This document shows, piece by piece, positions 36,384 to 45,614 of a stretch of DNA of 64,000 nucleotides (the first letter of the stretch is position 1; the number at the start of each line of letters is the position of its first letter). A model generated the notes under the pieces. That model ran no database searches. It saw nothing but the letters and a program-made list of their open reading frames with translations, and was not told the origin of the DNA. The translations under genes and the position numbers were made by a program. This DNA comes from Acidobacteriota bacterium (GTDB lineage: Bacteria > Acidobacteriota > CAIWXX01). The DNA lies in the NCBI GenBank assembly GCA_040755995.1, contig JBFMAF010000049.1, forward strand, positions 32,001 through 96,000, written 5' to 3'.

Positions 36384-38312
36384 TCAGACGCGAGGGGAGT
36401 CGCCGACACTATCACCGCGCCCGTTTTCCCCGGTGCCGGCTCGCACTGATGTTCTGATCGGAGCCGGAGCCGGCAGCTGCCGCATTGGCCACATCCGGTC
36501 ACGGGCAATCGGGGTCAAACCGCCGGGCTGCAGTTGTAGCGAGCTTGGGTCAGGAAGAAGCCGTTCCTCCTTCTTGCCATCCGGCCGGAGACTCAGCGTC
36601 TCGGCGAGCGCTGCCTGGTAGTCCTCTTCGGTGATGGCGTCGACAGAGCGCAGCTTGGCGAGGACTGCGGTCACCAGCCACTCGAACGAAGGGGACAGCA
36701 CCCCGCCGGCGAACGAATGCTGGTACTTGATGGGTCCTGGGATGAGTGCGACGAGGAAGGCCATCTCTTTCGGGCTGAGCTCGGAGGGCTCCTTCCCGAA
36801 GTAGTGGCGCGAAGCAGGACGCAGGCCGTAGATGCCCGGTCCCCATTCGATGACGTTGAGATAGATCTCGAGGATGCGCTGCTTGCTGAGTGTGGTCTCC
36901 ATCAGCAGCGTCAGAGCCAGCTCCTGCAGCTTCCGGCTGATGCTCTTCTCGCGCGAGAGAAACAGGTTCTTGGCCAGTTGCTGCGAGATCGTCGAGGCGC
37001 CGCGGGCGCTTGTGCCGCGCTGCCAGTTGGTCGCGAGAGCGACCGGAATCTCGTTCAGGTCGAACCCCCTGTGCCCGTAGAAGTCGGAGTCTTCCGATAG
37101 CAGCAGCGCACGGAGGAACAACGGTGGAACATCCGACAAGGGGATGAAGTCCGGCGATTCGGGTGAAACGTTGATCCTGTGCCGCTTGCCGTCCGCCGCC
37201 AGCGCCTGGTGGACGAACGGGCCGCGCAGACGTTCGATTGCAGGCAGCCGACGGCTGGGTGGGATGAACATCAGATGGTGCGACACCGAAAAGGAACTCG
37301 GGTCCTGCATCCGGCCCGCAACGTGAGCATCGAGCGACGCGACCCCTAATTCATCCGCACCAGCCGGGAGATCGAGGCCGGCCGTCGCCAGCAGCTCCGC
37401 CAGATCCACATGCCCTACATCGAATGCCAGATCGACCTCGGGATCTTCAAGGCCCCCACGCAACCGTCCTTTGCAGGAGACCGCGGTCTTTCCAACGATC
37501 ATGCGCAACCGCTGAACGGACAGCGTGCCGTGGCTCCGGCTCAAGCCAGCGGCGAGACTGATCTCGATATTCGTCGGGGTGCCCGCGCCGCGACGGTTCT
37601 CGTGGTCGCCTCCGTCCGGGCGCGCCGCGGCGGCGGGCGCATCGTCGAGCGGGAGGAGGGCCAGCTGAGCTCCGCGTGTGCTTGCGTGGAGACTCACCCC
37701 AACCTCACCGCTCAGATCGGTCCCGGCCGCGTGTGCCTCGCAGGCGACACGGCCTGGATGAATGAGGAGCTTGTCGTCCAACTGAATCTGGACAAGCCTC
37801 GAAAGGTCCACGTCACGCAGGCGCAGGTCGAGCGTCCTGCGGCCAGCGTCCTCCTGCCACTCTATCCAAACCTGCTCGCCGCCCGAATCCGAACGCCTCA
37901 TGCTGATCTCGCCATTGTTGCGAACCAATTCCCACGACGACGGCTGAAGCTCGATCCGGAGACCTCCTGGAAGCACGACCTGCGAGGGCCCGAGAGCGAC
38001 CTGCCATGCCGGACCGCCCAGCCCCCATGCCCACGGACGCATGCCGAAGCGGACTTCGCTGACCTCGAGTCGCACTCTGTGAGCCAAGTTCGCGACTACG
38101 ATCCCCTCCAGTGCGAGCAGCGGGTAGAATCCGGCGCTTACTGACGCAATCTGCGCCCCGAAGCCGCGTCGCAATGCCGCTGCGACAATGCGCTCCTCCA
38201 CAGCACGTTCGACGCACCTCTTGACTCCGGCAAACACCGCTGTGCCGGCCGTGGCGACACCGATCAGCGTCAGGAACCAGATCGTTTCCCGCCTAAGCCT
38301 CACCCGGTGCAT
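36384..38312 (-). CDS. Peptidoglycan transglycosylase (GT51, monofunctional type) with large N-terminal extension
   Basis: SED..FY.H.G, GASTISQQLAKNLFL, RKLQE, K.RILEIYLN.IEWG; N-terminal TM; no transpeptidase domain. Confidence 0.85.
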   Translation of the reverse strand: MHRVRLRRETIWFLTLIGVATAGTAVFAGVKRCVERAVEERIVAAALRRGFGAQIASVSAGFYPLLALEGIVVANLAHRVRLEVSEVRFGMRPWAWGLGGPAWQVALGPSQVVLPGGLRIELQPSSWELVRNNGEISMRRSDSGGEQVWIEWQEDAGRRTLDLRLRDVDLSRLVQIQLDDKLLIHPGRVACEAHAAGTDLSGEVGVSLHASTRGAQLALLPLDDAPAAAARPDGGDHENRRGAGTPTNIEISLAAGLSRSHGTLSVQRLRMIVGKTAVSCKGRLRGGLEDPEVDLAFDVGHVDLAELLATAGLDLPAGADELGVASLDAHVAGRMQDPSSFSVSHHLMFIPPSRRLPAIERLRGPFVHQALAADGKRHRINVSPESPDFIPLSDVPPLFLRALLLSEDSDFYGHRGFDLNEIPVALATNWQRGTSARGASTISQQLAKNLFLSREKSISRKLQELALTLLMETTLSKQRILEIYLNVIEWGPGIYGLRPASRHYFGKEPSELSPKEMAFLVALIPGPIKYQHSFAGGVLSPSFEWLVTAVLAKLRSVDAITEEDYQAALAETLSLRPDGKKEERLLPDPSSLQLQPGGLTPIARDRMWPMRQLPAPAPIRTSVRAGTGENGRGDSVGDSPRV

Positions 38313-38322
38313 GGTGCGGAAA

Positions 38323-39510
38323 TCAATAGTCGACTATTTCATAGTAGTATGGCGACTCGCCTATGTTGCCCCAGGCGTTCATGGTCGAGACATAGTCTTC
38401 CTTCAAGGCATTCATGACGGTGTTGTACTGGCTATCGCTCATCTCACCAGAGCTGCGGTAGGCGAGTGCCGCGGGTGGCGCCACGCCCGAGTAGTTCTGC
38501 GCCGGAGGGGCCTGCGCCGTGCGGGCGAACATCTGCTGCACCATCTGCTGCCGTTGTGCCAGCGCTGCCGTTTCCCAAGCGTGCCGGAAGTAGTTCCATA
38601 GAATCGACATGCTGCAGCAGAACTGCTTCTCCTGAAGGCTCATTTTCGGAAACCGAGCGGCGATCGACTCGATCGCCGATCGAGCCGATGCTTCGGTCCA
38701 TTGAATCAGCTGGCCGGAGCTTGCCTGCTGGATGAACGAGAGATAGGCGAGCAGCGCCTCGGCGTCCTCGCGCGTGAAGACCAGGTTGTTTGTATCATCC
38801 GACGCCAGCACATGCACGTGGTCGAAGAGCACGCGGAGGAAGATCGGTCTTTGCGTCGCGGGCATCGCTCGATCTGCCTTGTAGAACTCCACAACGAGCG
38901 CTTGCCGCAGAAGGCCGACCTGAAGTGGGTCGGTCACCTGGCGCAGAACCTGGATCGACTGGCCCAGCTTCTGCATCTCGCCGAGGAACCCGGCTGGGTT
39001 TTGCTGGAAATCCGAGACCGCCTGCTGAGTGAGGGCGTTCCTTTCCTGCTCGTTGAGCTGGGCATTGATGATGAATTGGAGTAGATGAATGCCAGTCTCC
39101 ACCGCCGTGGTGGTGAGAGTGAGGCCGCCCGCCGTGCAAAGCACGCCGCCTCCTGCCTGCTGCCGCTCCGGCAGCCGCAATCGCTGCCAGTAGATCATGG
39201 CTCCGTTGGCATCGGTGAAGATCATCTGATCTCCGCCCAGATTGACGAGGTAGGATGTGAGCATCCCCGAGGCGGCATCCTGGAAAGTGATGAGGCTTCC
39301 CTGCACTGCGTATCGGCCGCTCCACTGCCCGAAGAGGTATGTGCCGTCGGGGTTCAAGGTCATCTCGATCGAGAGCTGTGCCGCGCGCCAACTCCCAGTC
39401 AACGATTCCGCGCGCGCGGTCACCCCAGTCAGCAAAGCGCACACGAGCGCGCCCGCGACAACCGTCTGAAGGCGCGCCCTGCAACGGCCTCTATTGATCT
39501 CGCCGCTCAT
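38323..39510 (-). CDS. Hypothetical secreted protein
   Basis: RBS GGAGGAGG, signal peptide (..VTARA), small beta-barrel-like start LTGSW..LNPDGTY..GRY, then Gln-rich helical region. Confidence 0.65.
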   Translation of the reverse strand: MSGEINRGRCRARLQTVVAGALVCALLTGVTARAESLTGSWRAAQLSIEMTLNPDGTYLFGQWSGRYAVQGSLITFQDAASGMLTSYLVNLGGDQMIFTDANGAMIYWQRLRLPERQQAGGGVLCTAGGLTLTTTAVETGIHLLQFIINAQLNEQERNALTQQAVSDFQQNPAGFLGEMQKLGQSIQVLRQVTDPLQVGLLRQALVVEFYKADRAMPATQRPIFLRVLFDHVHVLASDDTNNLVFTREDAEALLAYLSFIQQASSGQLIQWTEASARSAIESIAARFPKMSLQEKQFCCSMSILWNYFRHAWETAALAQRQQMVQQMFARTAQAPPAQNYSGVAPPAALAYRSSGEMSDSQYNTVMNALKEDYVSTMNAWGNIGESPYYYEIVDY

Positions 39511-39750
39511 CTGTCTCCTCCTCCAACAACTGTGCGTCGTAGCGTTCCGCATCGAGCCGCCCACGCCTCATGTCGAACCCCGTCAGTCGGGGAGATGGAC
39601 GGCGTTGAATCCACTTCGACTCCATCCTAGCCGTTCCCTCGCAACAGATCAACGGGATCTGCGCGCAGGGGAGCAGGGGTAGGGGTGCATTGCGACGCCC
39701 GCGCATTCGTGGTATTCCTTAGTCTGGACCCTCATTAGGGGAGGCGATCC

Positions 39751-39977
39751 GTGAGAGCTAAGTTGGTTCATACCGAAGTTAGCGAAGAAGGTGTCATTCA
39801 CATTGTGGATCCTGTGGTCCCTCCTGGTGAAGTGGATGTCTGGTGCTATTCGGGGAGATCGAATCCGCAATCGGGAGCGTGGAGCAACCTGCGGGCCCGC
39901 TCCCACTGGGCGGGTACCGGGTAGGTTGCCTGACACCGCACCAGCTGAGACGTGAAGCCATGTACGACGAAGGCTGA
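39751..39977 (+). pseudogene. Frameshifted antitoxin-like gene
   Basis: RBS GGAGG; MRAKLVHTEVSEEGVIHI..PPGEVDV / frameshift near 39840 / LVLF...LRREAMYDEG*; TGATG overlap with a PIN fragment. Confidence 0.6.
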
Positions 39978-40051
39978 TGCCACAGAGGGTATTTCTCGAC
40001 ACAAACATCCTCGTCTATTCCAGGGAGTGGCAAAGTCTCTTGACCTCCTGA
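39977..40051 (+). pseudogene. Truncated PIN-domain (VapC-like) toxin, N-terminus only
   Basis: MPQRVFLDTNILVYS, then unrelated sequence and a stop. Confidence 0.7.
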
Positions 40052-40194
40052 GACGTCCGGGAGCTCCGCCTCGCGCTGGCGTCGAGCCCGCGCAGCCACT
40101 ATTGTGGGCCTCATTTGCGAGAGGCCTGAGTCGCGCTACCTGCATGCGCAGGGATTGAGACTGCGTAGCCGCATTTACACCTGTTTACCCGTCG

Positions 40195-40222
40195 TTGACA
40201 ATCGCGGAGAGACTGGTAGACT
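40195..40222 (+). promoter_or_regulatory. Sigma-70 promoter of the AmmeMemoRadiSam operon
   Basis: TTGACA-16 bp-TAGACT with extended TG. Confidence 0.6.
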
Positions 40223-40249
40223 CGGTAGTGATCCTTAGGATCACTCCCC

Positions 40250-41488
40250 ATGGCTACACGACGGGATTTCCTGAAATCATCCATCAGCCTCGTGCCAGTC
40301 CTGGGAGGCGCTGGGTATCTGCTGTCGCGGTACGGGCTTGTGCCGCTCCTCGGCAGCCCCGATCGCGCCGCGCATGCGGCGACAAGTCTTCAGGAGCTCA
40401 TCAAGGCCGCGCCGAAGGCTCGCTACTGGACGACGCCTGCGCTCGCGGGCCGCAATTGCGCCGCCTGCCACTCCGCCTCCGACGACGTCCAGGGCCGCAA
40501 GCACACGCATGCGCCCACACTCATCAAGTGCCTGCTCTGCGCACAGGGGTGCGCGCTCACCGACGGCGAGCGCGGCAAGTGCCGCGCGCGAATCAACGCC
40601 GGCGGCGAGATGCGCACGCTTGTCTACGGGCGCCCGATCACCGTTCACATCGATCCGATCGAGAAGAAGCCGCTGTATCATTTCCTGCCGGGCTCGGCCG
40701 CCTTCTCTCTGGCCACCTCCGGCTGCCCGCTCCGCTGCAAGTTCTGCCAGAACTGGGAGATCTCCCAGTGCATGCCCGAGGACTACGAGAGCCCGTACGT
40801 CGCGCCGGCTCAGGTCGCCACGGCCGCGTCCTCGAACAAGGCCCCGGTGATCGCTTTCACGTACAACGAACCCACGGTTTTCACCGAATACCTGACTGAC
40901 ATCGCGAGGGAGGCGAAGAAGCAGAAGGTCAGGTGCGTGCTCATCAGCTGCGGCTTCATGACCGAAGCGCCGCTTACCGAGATGTGCTCCGTCCTGGACG
41001 CGATCAAGATCGACCTGAAGGGGTTCAGCGAGAGCTTCTATCGGGAGGTGTCGAGCGCCGAGCTGAAGCCGGTGCTGAGAAGCATCAAGCAGGTGCACGC
41101 GAGCGGCGTGCACCTCGAGATCGTCAACCTCGTGGTACCGACCCTGAACGATTCGGAGAAGGCGCTGCGGGACCTTGCGGCGTGGGTCGTCGGCGAGCTC
41201 GGCCCGGACGTTCCCGTCCACTTCACTCGTTTCCATCCCGACTACCAACTCCTGAACCTGCCTCCGACTCCGGTCGCGACGCTGGAACACGCGCGATCGA
41301 TCGCCCTGGAGAAGGGCATGCACTATCCTTACGTCGGCAATGTCCCGGACCACGCGGGGAACAACACTTACTGCCCCGGGTGCAAGGAACTGATCATCGA
41401 GAGAAACGGCTTCTTCATCAGTCAGATGAACATGAAAGACGGGGCCTGCGCCTTCTGCCGTCACAAGATTGCGGGTGTGTGGCTCTGA
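40250..41488 (+). CDS. amrS: AmmeMemoRadiSam system radical SAM enzyme with Tat-like signal
   Basis: CLLCAQGC..GKCRAR, DPIEKKPLYHF.PG, GCPLRCKFCQNWEISQ, FTYNEP, IDLKGF, HFTRFHP, YVGN, CPGC..CAFC; N-terminus TRRDFLK. Confidence 0.93.
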   Translation: MATRRDFLKSSISLVPVLGGAGYLLSRYGLVPLLGSPDRAAHAATSLQELIKAAPKARYWTTPALAGRNCAACHSASDDVQGRKHTHAPTLIKCLLCAQGCALTDGERGKCRARINAGGEMRTLVYGRPITVHIDPIEKKPLYHFLPGSAAFSLATSGCPLRCKFCQNWEISQCMPEDYESPYVAPAQVATAASSNKAPVIAFTYNEPTVFTEYLTDIAREAKKQKVRCVLISCGFMTEAPLTEMCSVLDAIKIDLKGFSESFYREVSSAELKPVLRSIKQVHASGVHLEIVNLVVPTLNDSEKALRDLAAWVVGELGPDVPVHFTRFHPDYQLLNLPPTPVATLEHARSIALEKGMHYPYVGNVPDHAGNNTYCPGCKELIIERNGFFISQMNMKDGACAFCRHKIAGVWL

Positions 41489-41518
41489 GGGTTCCGACAC
41501 GATCATGGATGAGGTTCG

Positions 41519-43057
41519 ATGAGGAGATCAAACTGGATTCCTATCATGTGGCTAGTTGCGAGTTCCTTCGGAAGCTGCAGCGCGCAGTCCACCGGCAAAG
41601 GTCCGCAGGCTGAGGTGCGCGAGCCCGCGGTAGCGGGGCAGTTCTACCCTGGGTCTGCGGCCGCGCTGAAGCTGGCGATGCAGTCGTACGTCTCTGACGC
41701 GGTCGCCCCGCGCACAGGGCGCCCGATCGCGCTGGTCTCGCCGCACGCCGGCTACATCTACTCCGGGCAGATCGCGGCCGACGCTTTCAAGCAGTGCGAG
41801 GGACAGCGGTACAGTACAGTCGTCATTCTGGGGACGAACCACACGACCCCCGACATGCGTAAGGTGGCGGTCTACCCTGGCGCCGGCTTTCGCACGCCGC
41901 TCGGCGTCGCTACGGTCGACAGCTCGCTTGTGGATGCACTGTTGAAGGAGAGCCCCGACTGCGCGCTGGAGGCCGGGCCTCACGCGCGCGAGCACTCGGT
42001 GGAGGTGCAGATCCCGTTCATCCAGGCCGTGCTCCCGGATGCCAAGATCGTCCCGCTGGTCGTGGGCACGCAGGACCTTGGGATCCTTACGCGCTTCGGC
42101 AAGGTCCTGGGCAAGGTGTTGAGCGGACGCGAGGCGCTCGTCGTCGCGAGCTCGGATCTCTCTCACTACCCGGCCTACGACGATGCGGTTCGGGCCGACA
42201 AGCGGACGCTGGAGGCTGTGGCCGCGATGGATCCGGAAGGCTTCGTGTCCGCGACCGACGCCCTGATGCGCAGCAACATCGCGGGCCTCGGCACGTGCGC
42301 GTGCGGGAGCGCGCCGATCATCGTGGCGATGTCGGCGGCGAAGGCGCTCGGAGCCACGCGCGGCATCGTCGTGAGCTACGCGAACTCCGGCGACGTCGCG
42401 ATCGGGGATTCCTCCAGGGTCGTCGGATACGGCGCAGTCGTCTTCACCACGGGTGCCGGCGGGGCCGACACCAGCGTCTTGAACCGCCCGCCCTCCACCT
42501 CGTCGAACGCGCAGTTCAGCCACGAGGACAAGCTGGCGATGCTCGCATTCGCGCGCAAGAGCATCCAGCGGTTTGTCGAGAGCGACACCGTGCCTCTCGC
42601 CCGCAACGTCGACGCGAGGCTTCTGCAGCCGCGCGGTTGCTTCGTGACACTGAAGAAGCACGGCGAGCTTCGCGGGTGCATCGGCCACATGACCGCCGAC
42701 ACGCCGCTCTACAAGCTCGTCGGCACCATGGCGCTCCACGCGGCGTTCAACGACTCGCGTTTCGAGCAGCTGCGGGCGGCGGAGCTCGCCGAGATCGAAA
42801 TCGAGATCTCCGTGCTCACGCTGCCGAAGCCGGTTGCGAGCGCGCGGGACATCGTAGTCGGGCGAGACGGTGTGATCCTGACCAAGGGGAGCCGCACGGC
42901 GGTCTTCCTGCCGCAGGTTGCGACCGAGCAAGGGTGGGACCGCGACGAGATGCTCGATCACCTGTGCGTGAAGGCGGGGTTGTCCCCCGGCGAATGGAAG
43001 CAGGGCGCCGCATTCCAGACGTTCCAGGCCGAGGTCTTCGGCGAGAGCGATCATTAG
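41519..43057 (+). CDS. Fused AmmeMemoRadiSam protein B (Memo) + protein A (AMMECR1), with signal peptide
   Basis: VREPAVAGQFYP, PHAGYIYSG, EHSVEVQ, SSDLSHY, ACG, VVGY (Memo); GCFVTL, LRGCIG, DSRF, EISVLT, FLPQVA (AMMECR1). Confidence 0.93.
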   Translation: MRRSNWIPIMWLVASSFGSCSAQSTGKGPQAEVREPAVAGQFYPGSAAALKLAMQSYVSDAVAPRTGRPIALVSPHAGYIYSGQIAADAFKQCEGQRYSTVVILGTNHTTPDMRKVAVYPGAGFRTPLGVATVDSSLVDALLKESPDCALEAGPHAREHSVEVQIPFIQAVLPDAKIVPLVVGTQDLGILTRFGKVLGKVLSGREALVVASSDLSHYPAYDDAVRADKRTLEAVAAMDPEGFVSATDALMRSNIAGLGTCACGSAPIIVAMSAAKALGATRGIVVSYANSGDVAIGDSSRVVGYGAVVFTTGAGGADTSVLNRPPSTSSNAQFSHEDKLAMLAFARKSIQRFVESDTVPLARNVDARLLQPRGCFVTLKKHGELRGCIGHMTADTPLYKLVGTMALHAAFNDSRFEQLRAAELAEIEIEISVLTLPKPVASARDIVVGRDGVILTKGSRTAVFLPQVATEQGWDRDEMLDHLCVKAGLSPGEWKQGAAFQTFQAEVFGESDH

Positions 43058-43131
43058 TGAGGCGTGGCCTCGGACCTGTTAGCTGGGCAAAGATCATCGA
43101 TTTCACCCGACGAGCTCTTGGAGTCAGACGT

Positions 43132-43329
43132 ATGAAGGATCTTATCGTTGAGGAAGTCCGCAAGTACCGGATGGAACACACCCGGAAGTTCGACGGCTGT
43201 TTGAAGGCTATCTGCGAAGACCTGCGGGCCGTTCAGAAGACGTACGGCGTCAAGGTGGTTCGCCTTCCCGCGAGAAGGATGGAGCCTGCCCCGCAGACCG
43301 GCCGGCGGCGGACAAACCCCGCCGCCTGA
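43132..43329 (+). CDS. Small hypothetical protein (antitoxin-like, MKD.IVEEVRK type)
   Basis: MKDLIVEEVRKYRMEHTRKFDGCLKAICEDLR; RBS GGAG; overlaps an upstream remnant ending ISPDELLESDV*. Confidence 0.6.
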   Translation: MKDLIVEEVRKYRMEHTRKFDGCLKAICEDLRAVQKTYGVKVVRLPARRMEPAPQTGRRRTNPAA

Positions 43330-43426
43330 TCGTCGGCAGCTCTCAGGCGGCTTTAGGAGAGGGCGCGGCGCGCCGGCTGCATCGACAACATGCACTCACA
43401 CCGTAGGCGCTGAGGCGGGCGGCGAC

Positions 43427-45580
43427 ATGCTGCTGCTGATCGCCATCGGGCTGCTCGCGATCTTGACGCAGGTGGTGCTCATGCGCGAGCTGAGCGCTGC
43501 GTTCTACGGCATCGAGCTGATCTACCTGCTCGCCCTCGGCGCTTGGCTGCTCTGGAACGCCGGTGGGGCTCTCGTCAGCCGCCGAACGCGGGCCCCTTCA
43601 CTCCGGAAAATCGGCGGGCTTCTCGTGCTGCTGGCGATCACCATCCCGCTGGATGTTGCCTTCATCCGCGCAGCGCGACATCTCTTCGGCGGTGTCGCGG
43701 GTGCGTATCTGCCGTTTCCAAGCCAGATCATCGCCATGTGCCTGGCCATGCTGCCCGTGAGCCTGCTCCTGGGACTCCTCTTCCAGTGGGCCGCAAAGCT
43801 CCAGACCGCCCGCGGGCGGACCCTCGCCGTGGCGTACGCGGTGGAGAGCGCCGGAGGAGTCCTCGGCGGGCTGCTGTCAACGATGTTCCTCCTCTGGGGT
43901 GTGCAGAACTTCCTGATCGGGATGCTCTGTGCGACGCTGTCGCTGTGCTACGGCGCGAGCTACCTGGCAGGAGGGAACGCCACGAGGCAGTGGTTTGCCG
44001 CGACAGCGGCGGGGCTGCTCACGCTGCCGCTCCTCTGGAGAGTGAGCGACCTCGATCGCGCCATGACGCGCTGGAACCATCCTGATCTTCTGGATAGCCG
44101 GGACTCCCCGTACGGGCGCATCACAGTGGACAGCACCTTCGGCCAGATGACCGTCTTCGACAATGACGCGCTCTCGTTCGAGAGCGAGGGGACCGACGCG
44201 GAGGTGTTTGCGCACCTCGTCGCGTTGCAGCATCCTGATCCAAAGCGAATATTGACGCTCGGAGGCGGAGTAGAGGGCGTTGTGCACGAGCTATTGAAAC
44301 ACCGTCCGGAGCGAATCGACTACGTCGAGCTCAACGCGGTCACAATCGACCTCGTTCTGCCCAACCTCCCTGAGACGCTACGCAAGTCGGTCGTTGCGCC
44401 TTGCGTGCGCACCATTCTCGGGGATCCTCGAACCTTTCTCCGCGATTCGGAATCCTACGACGTGATCGTTTCGGCAATGGCCCAGCCGACCTCCGGTCAG
44501 GCCAACCGGTTCTACACTGTCGAGTTTTTCCGGCAAGCCGCGGCCCGCCTGCGCCCAGTCGGTGTGCTGGGCTTGCGGCTGCGATCGGCGGAGAATTTCT
44601 GGACGCCGCAGCTGGCGCGGCAGCAGGCGAGCATCGTGCGGGCGATCAGGGCCGCGTTCGCCGATGTCGTCGTGCTGCCGGGGACCTCGAACGTGGTGGT
44701 GGCGTCACAGACCAAGTTGCCTCGGGATCCGCGAGTGCTCGCCGACCGCCTGTCGGCGCGCGGAATCATGGCGCGCCTGATCAGTCCAGCCTATGTCGGC
44801 TATCTCTACCAGAATGATCGGTTCATGGAGATCGCCCGAGTCGTGGACGCCCAGACGGTCCCAGCCAACACCGACAGCCGCCCGATCTGCTACCAGTACA
44901 CGCTCATGATCTGGCTCTCGAAGTTCTTCCCGAGATTGAGTCGCGTGGATCTGTTCGAGATCGTCGATCGCGACAGGTGGGCGTTGCGCCTGCGGTGGCT
45001 TCTTCCGTGCGCGCTGGCGTTGGTTTTCCTACTGAGCCGCCTGCGGCCGGCGATCCGGCGTGCGCTGCTCGTCGCCGCAGCCGGCTTCGCCGGGATGGTG
45101 CTCGAGAGCGTCTTGCTCCTCCACTACCAGCTCAAGAGCGGGGTCGTCTATCAGAACATCGGCGTGCTGCTCATGAGCTTCATGGCCGGGCTCGCGCTGG
45201 GTGCGCTCCTCATGGATCGTTTGGCGAGACGTGGACGGCGGCAGATTCGAAGGTCCCACGGACTCGTGCTGGTGCTCGCATCCGTCGCGACCGCCTCGGC
45301 CGTATGGTGGGGCGTTGGGCGAGGGGTGGGTGGAGGCCTCGCGGGGACAGTCGCGGTCCTCATGGTGACCGGCCTCCTGGTCGCAGCCGTATTCGGATAC
45401 GCGAGCCTCTACCAGGTCGAAGATCAGACCGGAAGCGTCTCGCCGCTCTACGCTGCCGACCTGATCGGCGGTGCGCTGGGATCGGCCGTCGGGAGCCTGA
45501 TGCTCATTCCACTTCTCGGCCTCCCGCTCACCGCCGCGTGTATGGCAGTACTATCGGCCCTGGCGATGCTGTCCCTGTGA
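43427..45580 (+). CDS. Membrane protein with spermidine-synthase-like (SAM-binding) domain
   Basis: N-terminal TM block (QVVLMREL, YAVESAGG), SPYGRITV, LTLGGG, YVELN, GDPR.FL, NRFYTVEFF, NTD.RP, C-terminal TM block with LYAADLIG. Confidence 0.82.
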   Translation: MLLLIAIGLLAILTQVVLMRELSAAFYGIELIYLLALGAWLLWNAGGALVSRRTRAPSLRKIGGLLVLLAITIPLDVAFIRAARHLFGGVAGAYLPFPSQIIAMCLAMLPVSLLLGLLFQWAAKLQTARGRTLAVAYAVESAGGVLGGLLSTMFLLWGVQNFLIGMLCATLSLCYGASYLAGGNATRQWFAATAAGLLTLPLLWRVSDLDRAMTRWNHPDLLDSRDSPYGRITVDSTFGQMTVFDNDALSFESEGTDAEVFAHLVALQHPDPKRILTLGGGVEGVVHELLKHRPERIDYVELNAVTIDLVLPNLPETLRKSVVAPCVRTILGDPRTFLRDSESYDVIVSAMAQPTSGQANRFYTVEFFRQAAARLRPVGVLGLRLRSAENFWTPQLARQQASIVRAIRAAFADVVVLPGTSNVVVASQTKLPRDPRVLADRLSARGIMARLISPAYVGYLYQNDRFMEIARVVDAQTVPANTDSRPICYQYTLMIWLSKFFPRLSRVDLFEIVDRDRWALRLRWLLPCALALVFLLSRLRPAIRRALLVAAAGFAGMVLESVLLLHYQLKSGVVYQNIGVLLMSFMAGLALGALLMDRLARRGRRQIRRSHGLVLVLASVATASAVWWGVGRGVGGGLAGTVAVLMVTGLLVAAVFGYASLYQVEDQTGSVSPLYAADLIGGALGSAVGSLMLIPLLGLPLTAACMAVLSALAMLSL

Positions 45581-45585
45581 TCTCC

Positions 45586-45614
45586 GACAACTGACAACTG
45601 CCAACTGTCAACTG
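45586..45614. repeat. Heptamer tandem repeat (GACAACT)x4, degenerate
   Basis: GACAACT GACAACT GCCAACT GTCAACT between convergent genes. Confidence 0.8.
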
